A program made the translations under genes and the position numbers. From sequence record SRR2962707_524: a DNA stretch of 37,889 bases. The stretch is one strand, 5' to 3'. Position 1 is the first letter of the stretch. Every line of letters begins with the position of its first letter. This document shows positions 8,382 through 17,584 of the stretch, piece after piece. The notes under the pieces are model-generated. The model ran no database searches. It saw only the letters and a list, made by a program, of their open reading frames with translations, and was not told where the DNA came from.

Positions 8382-9857
8382 ATGCCCAAAGATAACGAGA
8401 TTACGGCGCACAAAATGTTTATTGCCGGCAGTTGGACGGACAGCGTGTCCGGCGAGACGATTGCCGTGCAGAACCCGGCGAACAGGCGTGATTTTGCCTC
8501 TGTTCCCCGCGGCTCGGCCGAAGATGTCGATATCGCGGTCACCGCCGCGGCCAAGGCGTTTGCGTCGTGGAAGCGCGAGCAGCCCCGCGCCCGGGGCCGC
8601 ATGCTTCTGAATATTGCCGAGAAGCTCGAACATCATACCGAAGAGCTGGCGCAGATCATATCCCGCGAAACCGGCAATGCGCTGCGCACGCAGGCACGGC
8701 CCGAAGCGGCGATGACCGCCGACATCTTCCGCTACTTCGGTGGGCTGGCCAGCGAGTTGAAAGGCGAGACGATCCCGCTCGGCGAGCATCTTCTGAGCTA
8801 TTCGCGCCGCGAGCCCATCGGCGTTGTCGGCGCGATCGTGCCGTGGAATGCGCCTTTGCTTTTGTCGGCCCTGAAGATCGCACCGGCGTTGTGCGCCGGG
8901 AATACGATCGTGCTTAAAACGGCGGAAGATGCGCCGTTGTGCATCCTCAAGCTTGCCGAGATTTGCCAGGAATTCCTGCCGCCTGCGGTGCTAAACGTTA
9001 TCACCGGTTATGGGCACGAATGCGGTGCGGCGCTCGCCGCGCATCCGGGGATCAACAAGCTCTCTTTCACCGGTTCGACCAATGTCGGTAAGGAAATCAT
9101 GAAAACCGCGGCGGAGCGGATCGTGCCGGTGTCACTGGAACTCGGCGGAAAAAGCCCGAACATCATTTTCCCGGATGCCGATGCGGACTGGGTGGCTGAC
9201 GGCGTCGTGAGTGCAATGCGGTTCACACGGCAAAGTCAGTCGTGCACGGCGGGCTCCCGGTTGTTCCTGCATGATGACATCTTCGACTCCTTCTTGGATA
9301 AGCTGGTCGCCAAGACCGATGCATTGAAGCTCGGCGATCCCCTCGATGAAGCCACCGACATGGGCGCGATCATCAATGAAAAGCAATTCAATCGGGTCTG
9401 CAGTTATATCGAGGACGGTCTCGGTCATGCGGACGCGCGGTTGATCACCGGCGGCATGCCTCCGACCACGGGGCCGCTCAGTGAGGGAAACTTCGCCGTG
9501 CCGACGATCTTCGCTGATGTATCGAATGACTGGCGCCTTGCGCGCGAGGAAATTTTCGGTCCCGTACTGGTCGCCATTCGTTGGAGCGACGAAGACGAGG
9601 TGATCCGCATGGCCAACGACAGCCATTACGGCCTGGCCGGATTTGTCTGGACCCAGGATATCGGCAAAGGACTGAGAACGGCACATGCCATCGAATCCGG
9701 CTGGGTTCAGGTAAACAACGGCGGCGGCCAGATCCTCGGCCAGTCCTACGGCGGCGTTAAGCAGAGTGGGATCGGCCGGGAGTTTTCGCTCGAAAGCATG
9801 CTCGACAGTTTCACCCAGAAAAAGAGCGTCACCGTCAATCTGCAAGCCGGGCAATGA
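8382..9857 (+). CDS. NAD(P)-dependent aldehyde dehydrogenase
   Basis: IVPWNAP, SFTGST, LELGGKSP (catalytic Glu), QSCTAGSR (catalytic Cys), EEIFGPV. Confidence 0.95.
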   Translation: MPKDNEITAHKMFIAGSWTDSVSGETIAVQNPANRRDFASVPRGSAEDVDIAVTAAAKAFASWKREQPRARGRMLLNIAEKLEHHTEELAQIISRETGNALRTQARPEAAMTADIFRYFGGLASELKGETIPLGEHLLSYSRREPIGVVGAIVPWNAPLLLSALKIAPALCAGNTIVLKTAEDAPLCILKLAEICQEFLPPAVLNVITGYGHECGAALAAHPGINKLSFTGSTNVGKEIMKTAAERIVPVSLELGGKSPNIIFPDADADWVADGVVSAMRFTRQSQSCTAGSRLFLHDDIFDSFLDKLVAKTDALKLGDPLDEATDMGAIINEKQFNRVCSYIEDGLGHADARLITGGMPPTTGPLSEGNFAVPTIFADVSNDWRLAREEIFGPVLVAIRWSDEDEVIRMANDSHYGLAGFVWTQDIGKGLRTAHAIESGWVQVNNGGGQILGQSYGGVKQSGIGREFSLESMLDSFTQKKSVTVNLQAGQ

Positions 9858-9895
9858 GCGAATTGATCAGCCGAGGTTCCTCGGAAGCGGCCAAG

Positions 9896-9926
9896 CACGA
9901 CAATGCCTGCAATCGGCATTGTCGTG
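9896..9926. terminator. Perfect 12-bp stem-loop downstream of the aldehyde dehydrogenase (terminator or 3' stabilising hairpin)
   Basis: CACGACAATGCC-tgcaatc-GGCATTGTCGTG, with no clear U-tract. A smaller CCGAGG/CCTCGG hairpin lies at 9871-9884. Confidence 0.45.
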
Positions 9927-9967
9927 ACTATCATGTATCGATACTCAGGATCGTTTAGGTCCGGGTT

Positions 9968-9986
9968 TCATAGATTGCAGGCATGA
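9968..9986. promoter_or_regulatory. Putative LysR-type binding site upstream of the CoA ligase operon
   Basis: TCATA-N9-CATGA (contains T-N11-A) followed 18 nt later by TTTGA, the same geometry as the site at 16499. Confidence 0.5.
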
Positions 9987-10063
9987 TATCTGCATTTTTT
10001 AGTATTTGATCGAATGATTTGATCGGCGATGATATCCGCATTTCAATCATAGCCGAGATTGCC

Positions 10064-11788
10064 ATGACGACACAGCCTCAATCCGAAACCGCCGGTCATA
10101 CAACGCAGAACGATACGCCCGATATCCTGCGCATTCTCGGGAAAGGGCTGACGGTCTCGGACCTGATCGATGCACACGTCCGCGGCCCCGAAGAGCGGCA
10201 GCGCCAGATCGAGAGCGAACCCCTGCCGCAGAATATCGCGCAGGTGTTGGACGAGGCGGCGGCGGAGATTCCCGATCAGACCGCATGGCATTTCTTTGAG
10301 GACGGGATATCGGAAACCTACCGGCAGGTTCAGGAAAACGTAAATCGTCTCGCCCATGGTCTGCACAAGCTGGGTATCCGCAAGGGCACTCATGTGGGTG
10401 TCATGATCGCCGGAAATGCGGTTTCTTTTCCGACGACATGGCTGGCGCTGGGCCGCCTTGGCGCCGTCATGGTGCCGATCAACGACCGCTACTCGTCACA
10501 CGAACTTGATTACATCATCAATGACAGCGATGCGGAATGGCTCGTCATCGATCATCAGCTTCTGCCCTGCCTGCAGGGTATGAAAGAAAGGCCGGATCAT
10601 CTCAGCGATGAGCGGATTATTCTCGTTGGCGACGGTGACGGCGATCAGGACTATCATCGTCACGCAGACATCATGGCCGGCGGCGATGCCGGGTTTACCC
10701 TCGGCGATGCCCCCGGTCTCGAAGACCTGATGAACATTCAGTACACCTCCGGCACCACGGGCCTGCCCAAGGGATGCATGCTGCGTCACAGTTACTGGAC
10801 GGGTATCGCCAAGGTGGCGGCAAGGCGGGACGGGCTTGTTTACAAGAACATCCTTGCGTCCACACCGTATTATTACATGGACCCGCAATGGCTGACGCTG
10901 ATGGCGTTCTATCAGCGCGGTACGCTATTCGCCGCCCGCAGGCAAAGCTCGACCCGTTTCATGGATTGGGTGCGGACCTATGATATTCATTTCTGTCTGT
11001 TCAACGAGATGTTCTATCGCCATCCCGTGCATCCCGATGATCGCAACAATGCACTGCGCCGGGTGAATATTTACGGGCTTCGAAGAGAAATACATCGCGA
11101 TCTTCAGGACCGCTTCAACGTGCAGGCACGCGAAGCCTTCGGGATGACGGAAATCGGTACGACCATGTTCATGCCTCTGGAAGCGGAAGACATGATCGGG
11201 TCAGGCTCGTGTGGCATGCCGTGCGCATTCCGCGAATGCAAAGTGGTGGATGAAAACGGCAACGAACTGCCGCATGGCGAGATCGGCGAACTGGTGGTGC
11301 GCGGCCCCAACATCATGCTTGGGTATTACAAGAAACCTGAAGCCACACGCGATGCATTCTTTGGCGACTGGTTCCGGACAGGGGATCTGTTTCGCCGTGA
11401 TGAGAACGGCTACTTTTATATCGTCGGGCGTATCAAGGACATGATCCGCAGGAACGGCGAGAACATATCCGCGCGGGAAGTTGAATCGGTGATTGCCCAG
11501 GCGCCGGGGGTGAGCGACGTGGCGGCTGTGGGGGTCCCCCACGACACGCGCGGGGAAGACGTGAAGATTTACGTGATCCCGGAAAAAAGCGGCACCCCTC
11601 TCGATCCGGAAGCACTGATCGCTTTTGCCGCCGACCGGCTGGCCCCGTTCAAAGTCCCCCGGTTTGTGGAATGCATAGAGAAATTCCCCCGCACACCTTC
11701 CGGAAAGATTGCCAAGAATGTCCTGAAGGCCGCCAAGCCGGACCTCCGGGCCGGTTCCTGGGACGGTGAGGAAAAGCGCCAGCGCTAG
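10064..11788 (+). CDS. AMP-dependent acyl-CoA ligase (CaiC/crotonobetaine-CoA ligase-like)
   Basis: QYTSGTTGLPKG, FGMTE, WFRTGDL, GRIKDMIRRNGENIS, PRTPSGKI. ATG 10064 is preferred over TTG 10019. Confidence 0.9.
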   Translation: MTTQPQSETAGHTTQNDTPDILRILGKGLTVSDLIDAHVRGPEERQRQIESEPLPQNIAQVLDEAAAEIPDQTAWHFFEDGISETYRQVQENVNRLAHGLHKLGIRKGTHVGVMIAGNAVSFPTTWLALGRLGAVMVPINDRYSSHELDYIINDSDAEWLVIDHQLLPCLQGMKERPDHLSDERIILVGDGDGDQDYHRHADIMAGGDAGFTLGDAPGLEDLMNIQYTSGTTGLPKGCMLRHSYWTGIAKVAARRDGLVYKNILASTPYYYMDPQWLTLMAFYQRGTLFAARRQSSTRFMDWVRTYDIHFCLFNEMFYRHPVHPDDRNNALRRVNIYGLRREIHRDLQDRFNVQAREAFGMTEIGTTMFMPLEAEDMIGSGSCGMPCAFRECKVVDENGNELPHGEIGELVVRGPNIMLGYYKKPEATRDAFFGDWFRTGDLFRRDENGYFYIVGRIKDMIRRNGENISAREVESVIAQAPGVSDVAAVGVPHDTRGEDVKIYVIPEKSGTPLDPEALIAFAADRLAPFKVPRFVECIEKFPRTPSGKIAKNVLKAAKPDLRAGSWDGEEKRQR

Positions 11789-11797
11789 CCGAAACGC

Positions 11798-11974
11798 ATC
11801 GCCCTGTTCCTGAGCGGCTCAAACATGACATTGCCGAAGAAGATGTTTGAAAACATTATATCTGAAATCGATCCGACCATATCTGCGGTATCCGTGCTGC
11901 AGATCGTGCTGGTCGGGATTGTTCTGTTTCTGTCACAGCGGCTGGGTGCCGGCGTTTCTCCCATTAAATCCTGA
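11798..11974 (+). pseudogene. C-terminal remnant of a PotC-like (polyamine/opine ABC) permease
   Basis: Manual translation gives IALFLSGSNMTLPKKMFENIISEIDPTISAVSVLQIVLVGIVLFLSQRLGAGVSPIKS*, resembling the PotC-family tail (..IALFLSG..TLP..M...I...IDPTIAAVS..). The N-terminal part and the other ABC subunits are missing. Confidence 0.72.
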
Positions 11975-11986
11975 CAAGGCCTGACC

Positions 11987-13312
11987 ATGGACGATATTTT
12001 TCACCCCGATATTTCAACTGATCCCTACTGGTGGCTGGCAGCGCGACCGACGGCGGACGGATCAAAACCCGTGCCCGACGAGACGGATGTTGCCATCGTC
12101 GGCAGCGGTTATACCGGGCTCAATGCGGCCATTGAACTGGCTGAGCGCGGTTTCAAGGTCACGGTGTTGGAAGCAAAGGAATTCGGTCACGGGGCGAGCA
12201 CGCGCAGCGGCGGCCATGTCAGCAGCGGGCTCAATCTGGGCAAAGGCCCGTCCGCGGCCAAGCCGTCGCCGCTTGAGGCGACAATCGGGCATGACCGTTA
12301 CAAGGGATTGCTGGATGAAGCCGCGCAATCGATGGAACGTATCCAGATGATGGTGGCGCGTGAAAAGATCGACTGCCATCTGACCATCGGCGGGCGTTTT
12401 GTCGCAGCATTTACCCCGGGGCATTATGAAAGTCTCAAGTCCAAGATGGCGGTGCTGGACCACGACGGCAAATCCGGCTGCCGGATGGTCCCGCGTGACC
12501 AACAGCGCGACGAAATCGGCACGGACTATTATCACGGCGGCATGGTCGTCGAACGGTCCGGCAAGCTGCACCCGGCGCTTTATCACCGGGGGCTGCTGGA
12601 TGCCTGCCGCCGGCGCCCCGGTATTACGCTGTGCGCCCATGCGCCGGTCACCGATATCCAGCCCAACGGCAGCGGGTTCCGTGTCACGGCCGGGGGTGTC
12701 GAACTGCGGGCGGCAGACGTCCTGCTGTCGACCAACGGCTACAGCCAGAAGCCAAGCCCCTGGCTGAAACGCCGGGTCATTCCGCTGGCCAGCTGCATCA
12801 TCGCCACAGAGGAACTGGACCCGGACGTGATCAAGCGTCTGATCGTCAACGACCGCAGCGTCAACGACACCAAGCGCGTGTTGACCTATTACCGCGTCTC
12901 GCCGGACGGCAAGCGCATCATATTCGGCGGCCGTGAAAGCTTCTTTACCCAGAACCCGCTGGAATCCGGCCGCAGACTGCATGCACGTATGGTGCAGTTG
13001 TACCCGGAACTCGCCAGGACACGGGTGACGCATTCGTGGACCGGCATGGTCGCCATGACCTTCGATCATCTGCCGCATATCGGACGCGAGAACGGCATCT
13101 ATTATGCCGCCGGCTGCAACGGCAGCGGTGTTGCGATGATGTCCTATCTGGGATACCGGATCGGCGCCACCATCGCCGGGGCCAACGAGCGGAGTGCTTT
13201 CGACGGCCTGCCGTTCCAGACGCGCCCGATGTATACCGGAAGCACATGGTTTCTGCCGGCTGTTGGGGCATACTTCAAAAGCATGGATAAATGGGACCGG
13301 ATGTTCGGCTGA
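11987..13312 (+). CDS. FAD-dependent oxidoreductase, DAO family (PuuB/OrdL-like amine oxidase)
   Basis: DVAIVGSGYTGL dinucleotide fold, GASTRSGG, LHPA, IIATEEL, YYR.SPDG.RIIFGG, W.G.VAMTFDHLPHIG, GCNGSGV. Confidence 0.88.
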   Translation: MDDIFHPDISTDPYWWLAARPTADGSKPVPDETDVAIVGSGYTGLNAAIELAERGFKVTVLEAKEFGHGASTRSGGHVSSGLNLGKGPSAAKPSPLEATIGHDRYKGLLDEAAQSMERIQMMVAREKIDCHLTIGGRFVAAFTPGHYESLKSKMAVLDHDGKSGCRMVPRDQQRDEIGTDYYHGGMVVERSGKLHPALYHRGLLDACRRRPGITLCAHAPVTDIQPNGSGFRVTAGGVELRAADVLLSTNGYSQKPSPWLKRRVIPLASCIIATEELDPDVIKRLIVNDRSVNDTKRVLTYYRVSPDGKRIIFGGRESFFTQNPLESGRRLHARMVQLYPELARTRVTHSWTGMVAMTFDHLPHIGRENGIYYAAGCNGSGVAMMSYLGYRIGATIAGANERSAFDGLPFQTRPMYTGSTWFLPAVGAYFKSMDKWDRMFG

Positions 13313-13338
13313 TCCCGCGACCCTGAGGAGAGACGCAG

Positions 13339-14202
13339 ATGATCGACTACGGCAGCTCACCGCCGATTGAAGCTTTCCATCCGCCACAGAAGGCGCATCT
13401 GGAGAACTACCGCAGGATCTATGCTTCCAGCGAAAAACGTGCCGGGCGTCATGAAAGCAAAGTCGGTCCCGAGGCGCTGGCTGCATGGTTTGCCATGTAT
13501 GACGAGCTGGGTGCCGAACACATCGTCATCAAGGCCCGTGATCTCGAAACCACATTCGGCCTCAAGATCAAAAACGAGGATGTCGCCGAGTTCTGCCAGC
13601 AGCACGGCCCGCGCGTCATCGGCTTTGCCGGGGTTGATCCGAACAAGGGTATGGATGCCATCCGCGAGCTGGAATTCGCAGTGCGTGAGTTAGGGTTGCG
13701 GGGATTGAACCTGCAATGTTTCGAGCACAAGCTGTGCATCAACGATCCGAAGATGTATCCGCTGTACGCCAAGTGCATCGAGCTCGATATTCCGGTGAAC
13801 ATTCATGCCAGCATCAATTTCTCGTCCAGCACGGAAATGAAGTATGGCCACCCGATCCATCTCGATGAGGTGATGGTGCATTTTCCTGAATTGCGCGTCG
13901 TCGCCTCGCCGCCGGGCTTTCCCTGGATCAACGAGCTGATCGGCGTCGCCTGGCGGCATGCGAATGTCTATATCGGCATCGTCGCGGTACGGCCGAAGTA
14001 TCTGGGGGTTGCGCATTCAGGTTATGAGCCGCTTCTGCAGTACGGCAATACGGTGCTGCAGGACAAGATGATCTTCGGGTCCGCCTATCCGATGCAGCCG
14101 GTGGCGCAGGCGGTTCAGGACATCGAAGCGTTGCCGCTCAAGGACGAGGTTCGCAAAAAATGGTTGGGCGGCAATGCGGCGCGCCTGCTGGGTCTGGACT
14201 GA
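13339..14202 (+). CDS. Amidohydrolase family 2 (metal-dependent hydrolase/decarboxylase fold)
   Basis: GFAGVDP, ELEFAVRELGLRGL, YPLYAKCIELDIPVNIH, FPELRVV, GFPW, KMIFGSAYP, KWLGGNAARLL. RBS GAGGAG. Confidence 0.88.
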   Translation: MIDYGSSPPIEAFHPPQKAHLENYRRIYASSEKRAGRHESKVGPEALAAWFAMYDELGAEHIVIKARDLETTFGLKIKNEDVAEFCQQHGPRVIGFAGVDPNKGMDAIRELEFAVRELGLRGLNLQCFEHKLCINDPKMYPLYAKCIELDIPVNIHASINFSSSTEMKYGHPIHLDEVMVHFPELRVVASPPGFPWINELIGVAWRHANVYIGIVAVRPKYLGVAHSGYEPLLQYGNTVLQDKMIFGSAYPMQPVAQAVQDIEALPLKDEVRKKWLGGNAARLLGLD

Positions 14203-14241
14203 TCCCGGCTCAAGCCTGTGCCGGCATGGCTGGCGAAACGG

Positions 14242-15495
14242 TCAGGTACCGATATCGTAAGAGAGGTATTTGCGCTGGGTCTCGATGTGATCGGCGAGAA
14301 ATTTCGCGTCGTGCCAGACACCCCAGATGAATGATGAGCCGCGTTGCGACAGCCACGGCAGCCCCAGAAAATAGACGCCGCGTTCGGCTGAAATGCCGCG
14401 GTTATGTTTTGGCCGTCCGTTCTCGTCGAACGCGTTCACCTTCAGCCAGCTGAAATCCGTGGTGAAGCCTGTCGCCCACACAATGGACGTGACGCCGGCT
14501 TCTTTCAGGTCAAGTTCGATCAGCGGGTCGGTCATGCAATCCGGGTCGGGCAGAATGTCTCGGGCGTCCGGTTCTTCCGGCAGATCAAGGCCGTTGCGGG
14601 CAATGAAGGCATCGGCTTCGTCCAGCAAAGACAGATAGTTGGCATCGCCATTTCGGATGTTGTCGGCAATGTCCGGTGCGAAACCCAGCACGCCGTCCTG
14701 ATATGATGTGGTCCTGCCGACCAGCGTCATGCCCTTCGCGGCAAGGCGTCGGAAATCGACCGTGTGCCCGCCATGGGCGCCGCTGACGGCAATCGTCACA
14801 TGCTCGGTGCTGGCGCTGTCGGGTTCCGCATCCCATTTGCCGAGGACACCGAGCCACCAGACGAAATCACGGCCACGATAGCTGCGGGGCGGGCGATGAT
14901 GCGGACCGACCGAAAGATAGACGGGCTTTCCGGCACTTAGAATCTCGTCGGCGATCTGTACACCGGATGACCCGGCACCAATAACCAGCGTGGCCCCGTC
15001 GGGTAGCTGCGCGGGATTTTTATAGGCGCTGGAATGCAGCTGCGTGATCCCCGCATCTTCCGGCACGATGGACGGGATTACAGGCACCTGGAAAGGACCG
15101 GTCGCGGCGACGACATACGAGGCTTCAATCTCACCCGCGGACGTCTCGACACGAAAGCCGGGCCGGTCCAGGTTGCGTTCGACCTTGGTGACGTCGACAC
15201 CGCAGCGGATCGGCGCGTCGATCATCTCGGCATAGGCGGCAAAATAGTCTGCGACCCCGTCCTTGGGCGGAAAACCATCCGGATCGGTATCTGAAAACAG
15301 CATGCCGGGAAACCGGTCATGCCAGGCCGGCCCGTTGGCGACCAGCGAATCCCACCGTTCCGAGCGCCAGCGTTCGGCAATCCGGTGACGCTCCAATACG
15401 AGATGCGGCACGCCAGCATTGCCCAGGTGTTCGCTCATGGCCAGACCGGCCTGTCCGCCGCCCACCACAAGAACCTCGATTTTCTCCGCCGTCAT
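14242..15495 (-). CDS. Flavin-containing monooxygenase-like FAD/NAD(P)H oxidoreductase
   Basis: GGGQAG, W...RWDSL, QLHSSAYKNP (FMO-like fingerprint), GAGSSG, WATGF, YFLGLPW. Confidence 0.87.
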   Translation of the reverse strand: MTAEKIEVLVVGGGQAGLAMSEHLGNAGVPHLVLERHRIAERWRSERWDSLVANGPAWHDRFPGMLFSDTDPDGFPPKDGVADYFAAYAEMIDAPIRCGVDVTKVERNLDRPGFRVETSAGEIEASYVVAATGPFQVPVIPSIVPEDAGITQLHSSAYKNPAQLPDGATLVIGAGSSGVQIADEILSAGKPVYLSVGPHHRPPRSYRGRDFVWWLGVLGKWDAEPDSASTEHVTIAVSGAHGGHTVDFRRLAAKGMTLVGRTTSYQDGVLGFAPDIADNIRNGDANYLSLLDEADAFIARNGLDLPEEPDARDILPDPDCMTDPLIELDLKEAGVTSIVWATGFTTDFSWLKVNAFDENGRPKHNRGISAERGVYFLGLPWLSQRGSSFIWGVWHDAKFLADHIETQRKYLSYDIGT

Positions 15496-15594
15496 GCCTC
15501 GGTCCTTCTTGTCTTCAATCTTATCGGCGAATGTAACGGGGGCATCCCGGCCTGCCCAGCCCGGATTGGTTTCGAGAGCGGCATCCGTTCGGGA

Positions 15595-16485
15595 TCAGTT
15601 TTCCTTCAGGGCCGCGACAAGCGCTTCGGCAAAGGCCCTGACATGTGCCCCGACGGGACGGTTTGCGGCCCGGACCAGCCGTAACTCATAGGGGACACGG
15701 GGCTCGAACCGGCGCAAGGCCAGTCCGGGGCCTTCGTAAGCACGTGCCGTGACCGGATCAAGCACGGAAATACCCAGCCCTTTTGCAACCAGCGCACAGA
15801 TCGATCCTGAATAGGAACTGTCGAAGATCACGTTCGGCGTGACGCCTGCCGCTTCAAAGGATTTCAGGATTCGCTGCTGCATCGGGCTGTATTCCGACAC
15901 CATCAGCATGGGCTCGCCCGCCAGGTCCGCCGGGCGGATGACTTTCTTCTTTGCCAACGGATGCGCGGTGGGCAGGACGGTGACGACCGCGAGGTTCGGC
16001 AGCGGCAGGATTTCCACGCCACGGGTCTGTGGCGGCATCACGGCCAGCCCAAGATCGGATTTGCCCGCGGCGACAAGCTCCATCACTTCCGGTGATGAAC
16101 AACTGTGGAGCGAGACCGTGATGTCCGGCCAGTCTTTGCGAAAGCTGGCGATGGCGGTCGGCAGGGCAAAGAATGATGGCGCCAACGACGCGGTAATGTT
16201 GATCCGTCCGCTGCGGTTTCGTTTTAGATCGCGGGCAAACAGTGCCACCTGGTCGAGGCCGTGAAAGCTGCGCTCGACTTCCTCGTAAAGCGACGCTGCA
16301 TCGGGCGTGGGGGCGATGGTGGTGCCTTCACGAACAAATAACGCAAGACCGATTTCGGCTTCCAGATCGCGGATCAGACGGCTGACGGCAGGCTGCGTAA
16401 TGTTCATCATCTGACCAGCCGAGGTCATGCCGCCGGTCTGGTAAACCGCCCGGAAAGCTTCGATCTGACGCATGTTGAGCCGCAT
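15595..16485 (-). CDS. LysR-family transcriptional regulator (LysR/OccR/NocR-like)
   Basis: HTH RQIEAFRAV..GGMTSAG..MNITQPAVSRLIRDLEAEIGLALFVR plus substrate-binding domain. Divergent from the dioxygenase. Confidence 0.93.
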   Translation of the reverse strand: MRLNMRQIEAFRAVYQTGGMTSAGQMMNITQPAVSRLIRDLEAEIGLALFVREGTTIAPTPDAASLYEEVERSFHGLDQVALFARDLKRNRSGRINITASLAPSFFALPTAIASFRKDWPDITVSLHSCSSPEVMELVAAGKSDLGLAVMPPQTRGVEILPLPNLAVVTVLPTAHPLAKKKVIRPADLAGEPMLMVSEYSPMQQRILKSFEAAGVTPNVIFDSSYSGSICALVAKGLGISVLDPVTARAYEGPGLALRRFEPRVPYELRLVRAANRPVGAHVRAFAEALVAALKEN

Positions 16486-16498
16486 GCAGACAATCTAG

Positions 16499-16517
16499 TC
16501 ATAATATTTTGTTATGA
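16499..16517. promoter_or_regulatory. LysR recognition site in the lysR/dioxygenase divergent promoter
   Basis: Dyad TCATAA-tattttg-TTATGA (ATAA-N7-TTAT, T-N11-A). TTGACA lies at 16537-16542. Confidence 0.75.
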
Positions 16518-16587
16518 GAACCCCTATAATCCAAATTTGACATTGTGGATGGTTGGCGCTTGAGTCTGCCCAGGAGGAAACAAAATC

Positions 16588-17511
16588 ATGGCTTTAAAAA
16601 TTGAGCAGCTTTGCCCGACGTTCGCCGCGCGTGTCGAAGGTCTCGACCTACGCCAGCGGCTGGACGACGAAACATTCGAAGCCGTCCACGCGGCCATCGA
16701 CGAATACGGCGTTCTCGTCTTTAACGGCGAAAAACTGTCCGAGGATCAGCAGGTGGAATTCGCCTCACGGTTTGGTCCGCTGGATGCGGTGAACGGCATT
16801 ATCCAGACCGGCGTCAAACACCGTATCAGCGATCGCCTGGTGGATATTTCGAACCTGGACGAGAAAGGCGAGGTGTTGGACCGGCAGAACCGTCGCCGGA
16901 TGGCCAACTTCGGCAACATGCTCTGGCATACGGACGCCTCCTTCAAGGCGATCACCGCACAGTATTCGCTTCTGCACGCCCACACGGTCGTCAGCGAAGG
17001 CGGCGAAACCCAGTATGCCGATATGTGCGCGGCTTACGATGCATTGCCGCAGAAAATGAAGGACCGCATCGAAGGTCTTGAAGCCGAGCATTCGGTGATC
17101 GCCTCCAGGGCGACCCTGGGCTTCACAGAATTCAGTGACGAGGAACGCGCTGCCCTGCCGCCGCAGGTCAGAACCGTTGTCCGGACGTTGCCGTCGGGCC
17201 GCAGGTCGCTCTATCTCGCATCACATGCATCGCACATTCTCGGCTGGCCGGTCCCCGAAGGCCGGATGCTGATCCGTGAACTGGTGGAGCACGCGACCAA
17301 ACCTGAGTTCGTCTATACCCACAACTGGCAGGTCGGTGATCTGGTGATGTGGGATAACCGCCGCACCATGCATCGTGCGCGGCCGTTCGACGAGAGCGAG
17401 CGTCGTGATATGCGCCGGGCGACGGTCATGGACCCGAACTGGACCGGCCGCGACGTGCTTCCGGCAAATGATCGTGTTCCGGCTCAGCATGCTGCTGCCG
17501 GCGAGGATTGA
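16588..17511 (+). CDS. TauD/TfdA-family Fe(II)/2-oxoglutarate dioxygenase (TfdA-like subgroup)
   Basis: NMLWHTDASF (HxD), GGETQYADM.AAYDALP, SLYLASHA, VGDLVMWDNRRTMHR. RBS AGGAGG. Confidence 0.92.
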   Translation: MALKIEQLCPTFAARVEGLDLRQRLDDETFEAVHAAIDEYGVLVFNGEKLSEDQQVEFASRFGPLDAVNGIIQTGVKHRISDRLVDISNLDEKGEVLDRQNRRRMANFGNMLWHTDASFKAITAQYSLLHAHTVVSEGGETQYADMCAAYDALPQKMKDRIEGLEAEHSVIASRATLGFTEFSDEERAALPPQVRTVVRTLPSGRRSLYLASHASHILGWPVPEGRMLIRELVEHATKPEFVYTHNWQVGDLVMWDNRRTMHRARPFDESERRDMRRATVMDPNWTGRDVLPANDRVPAQHAAAGED

Positions 17512-17584
17512 TATTCCGAGGGTGACGTTCGGAACTGGGGTTTTTATCTGACAGGGCGGGGGCTATCCTGCGGCTTCAGACTGC

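Noticed and set aside
12062-13486. 474-aa antisense ORF
   Set aside because: Shadow of the FAD oxidoreductase on the opposite strand, with no motifs. Typical of high-GC codon bias.
13309-15598. CTGATCCCG recurring at three stop codons (oxidase, amidohydrolase, lysR)
   Set aside because: Short, and explainable by preferred TGA stop context in GC-rich genomes. No extended similarity.
17514-17545. TTCCGA/TCGGAA hairpin after the dioxygenase as an intrinsic terminator
   Set aside because: Only a 6-bp stem with a 9-nt loop, and the T-run is offset by 6 nt. Too weak to call.
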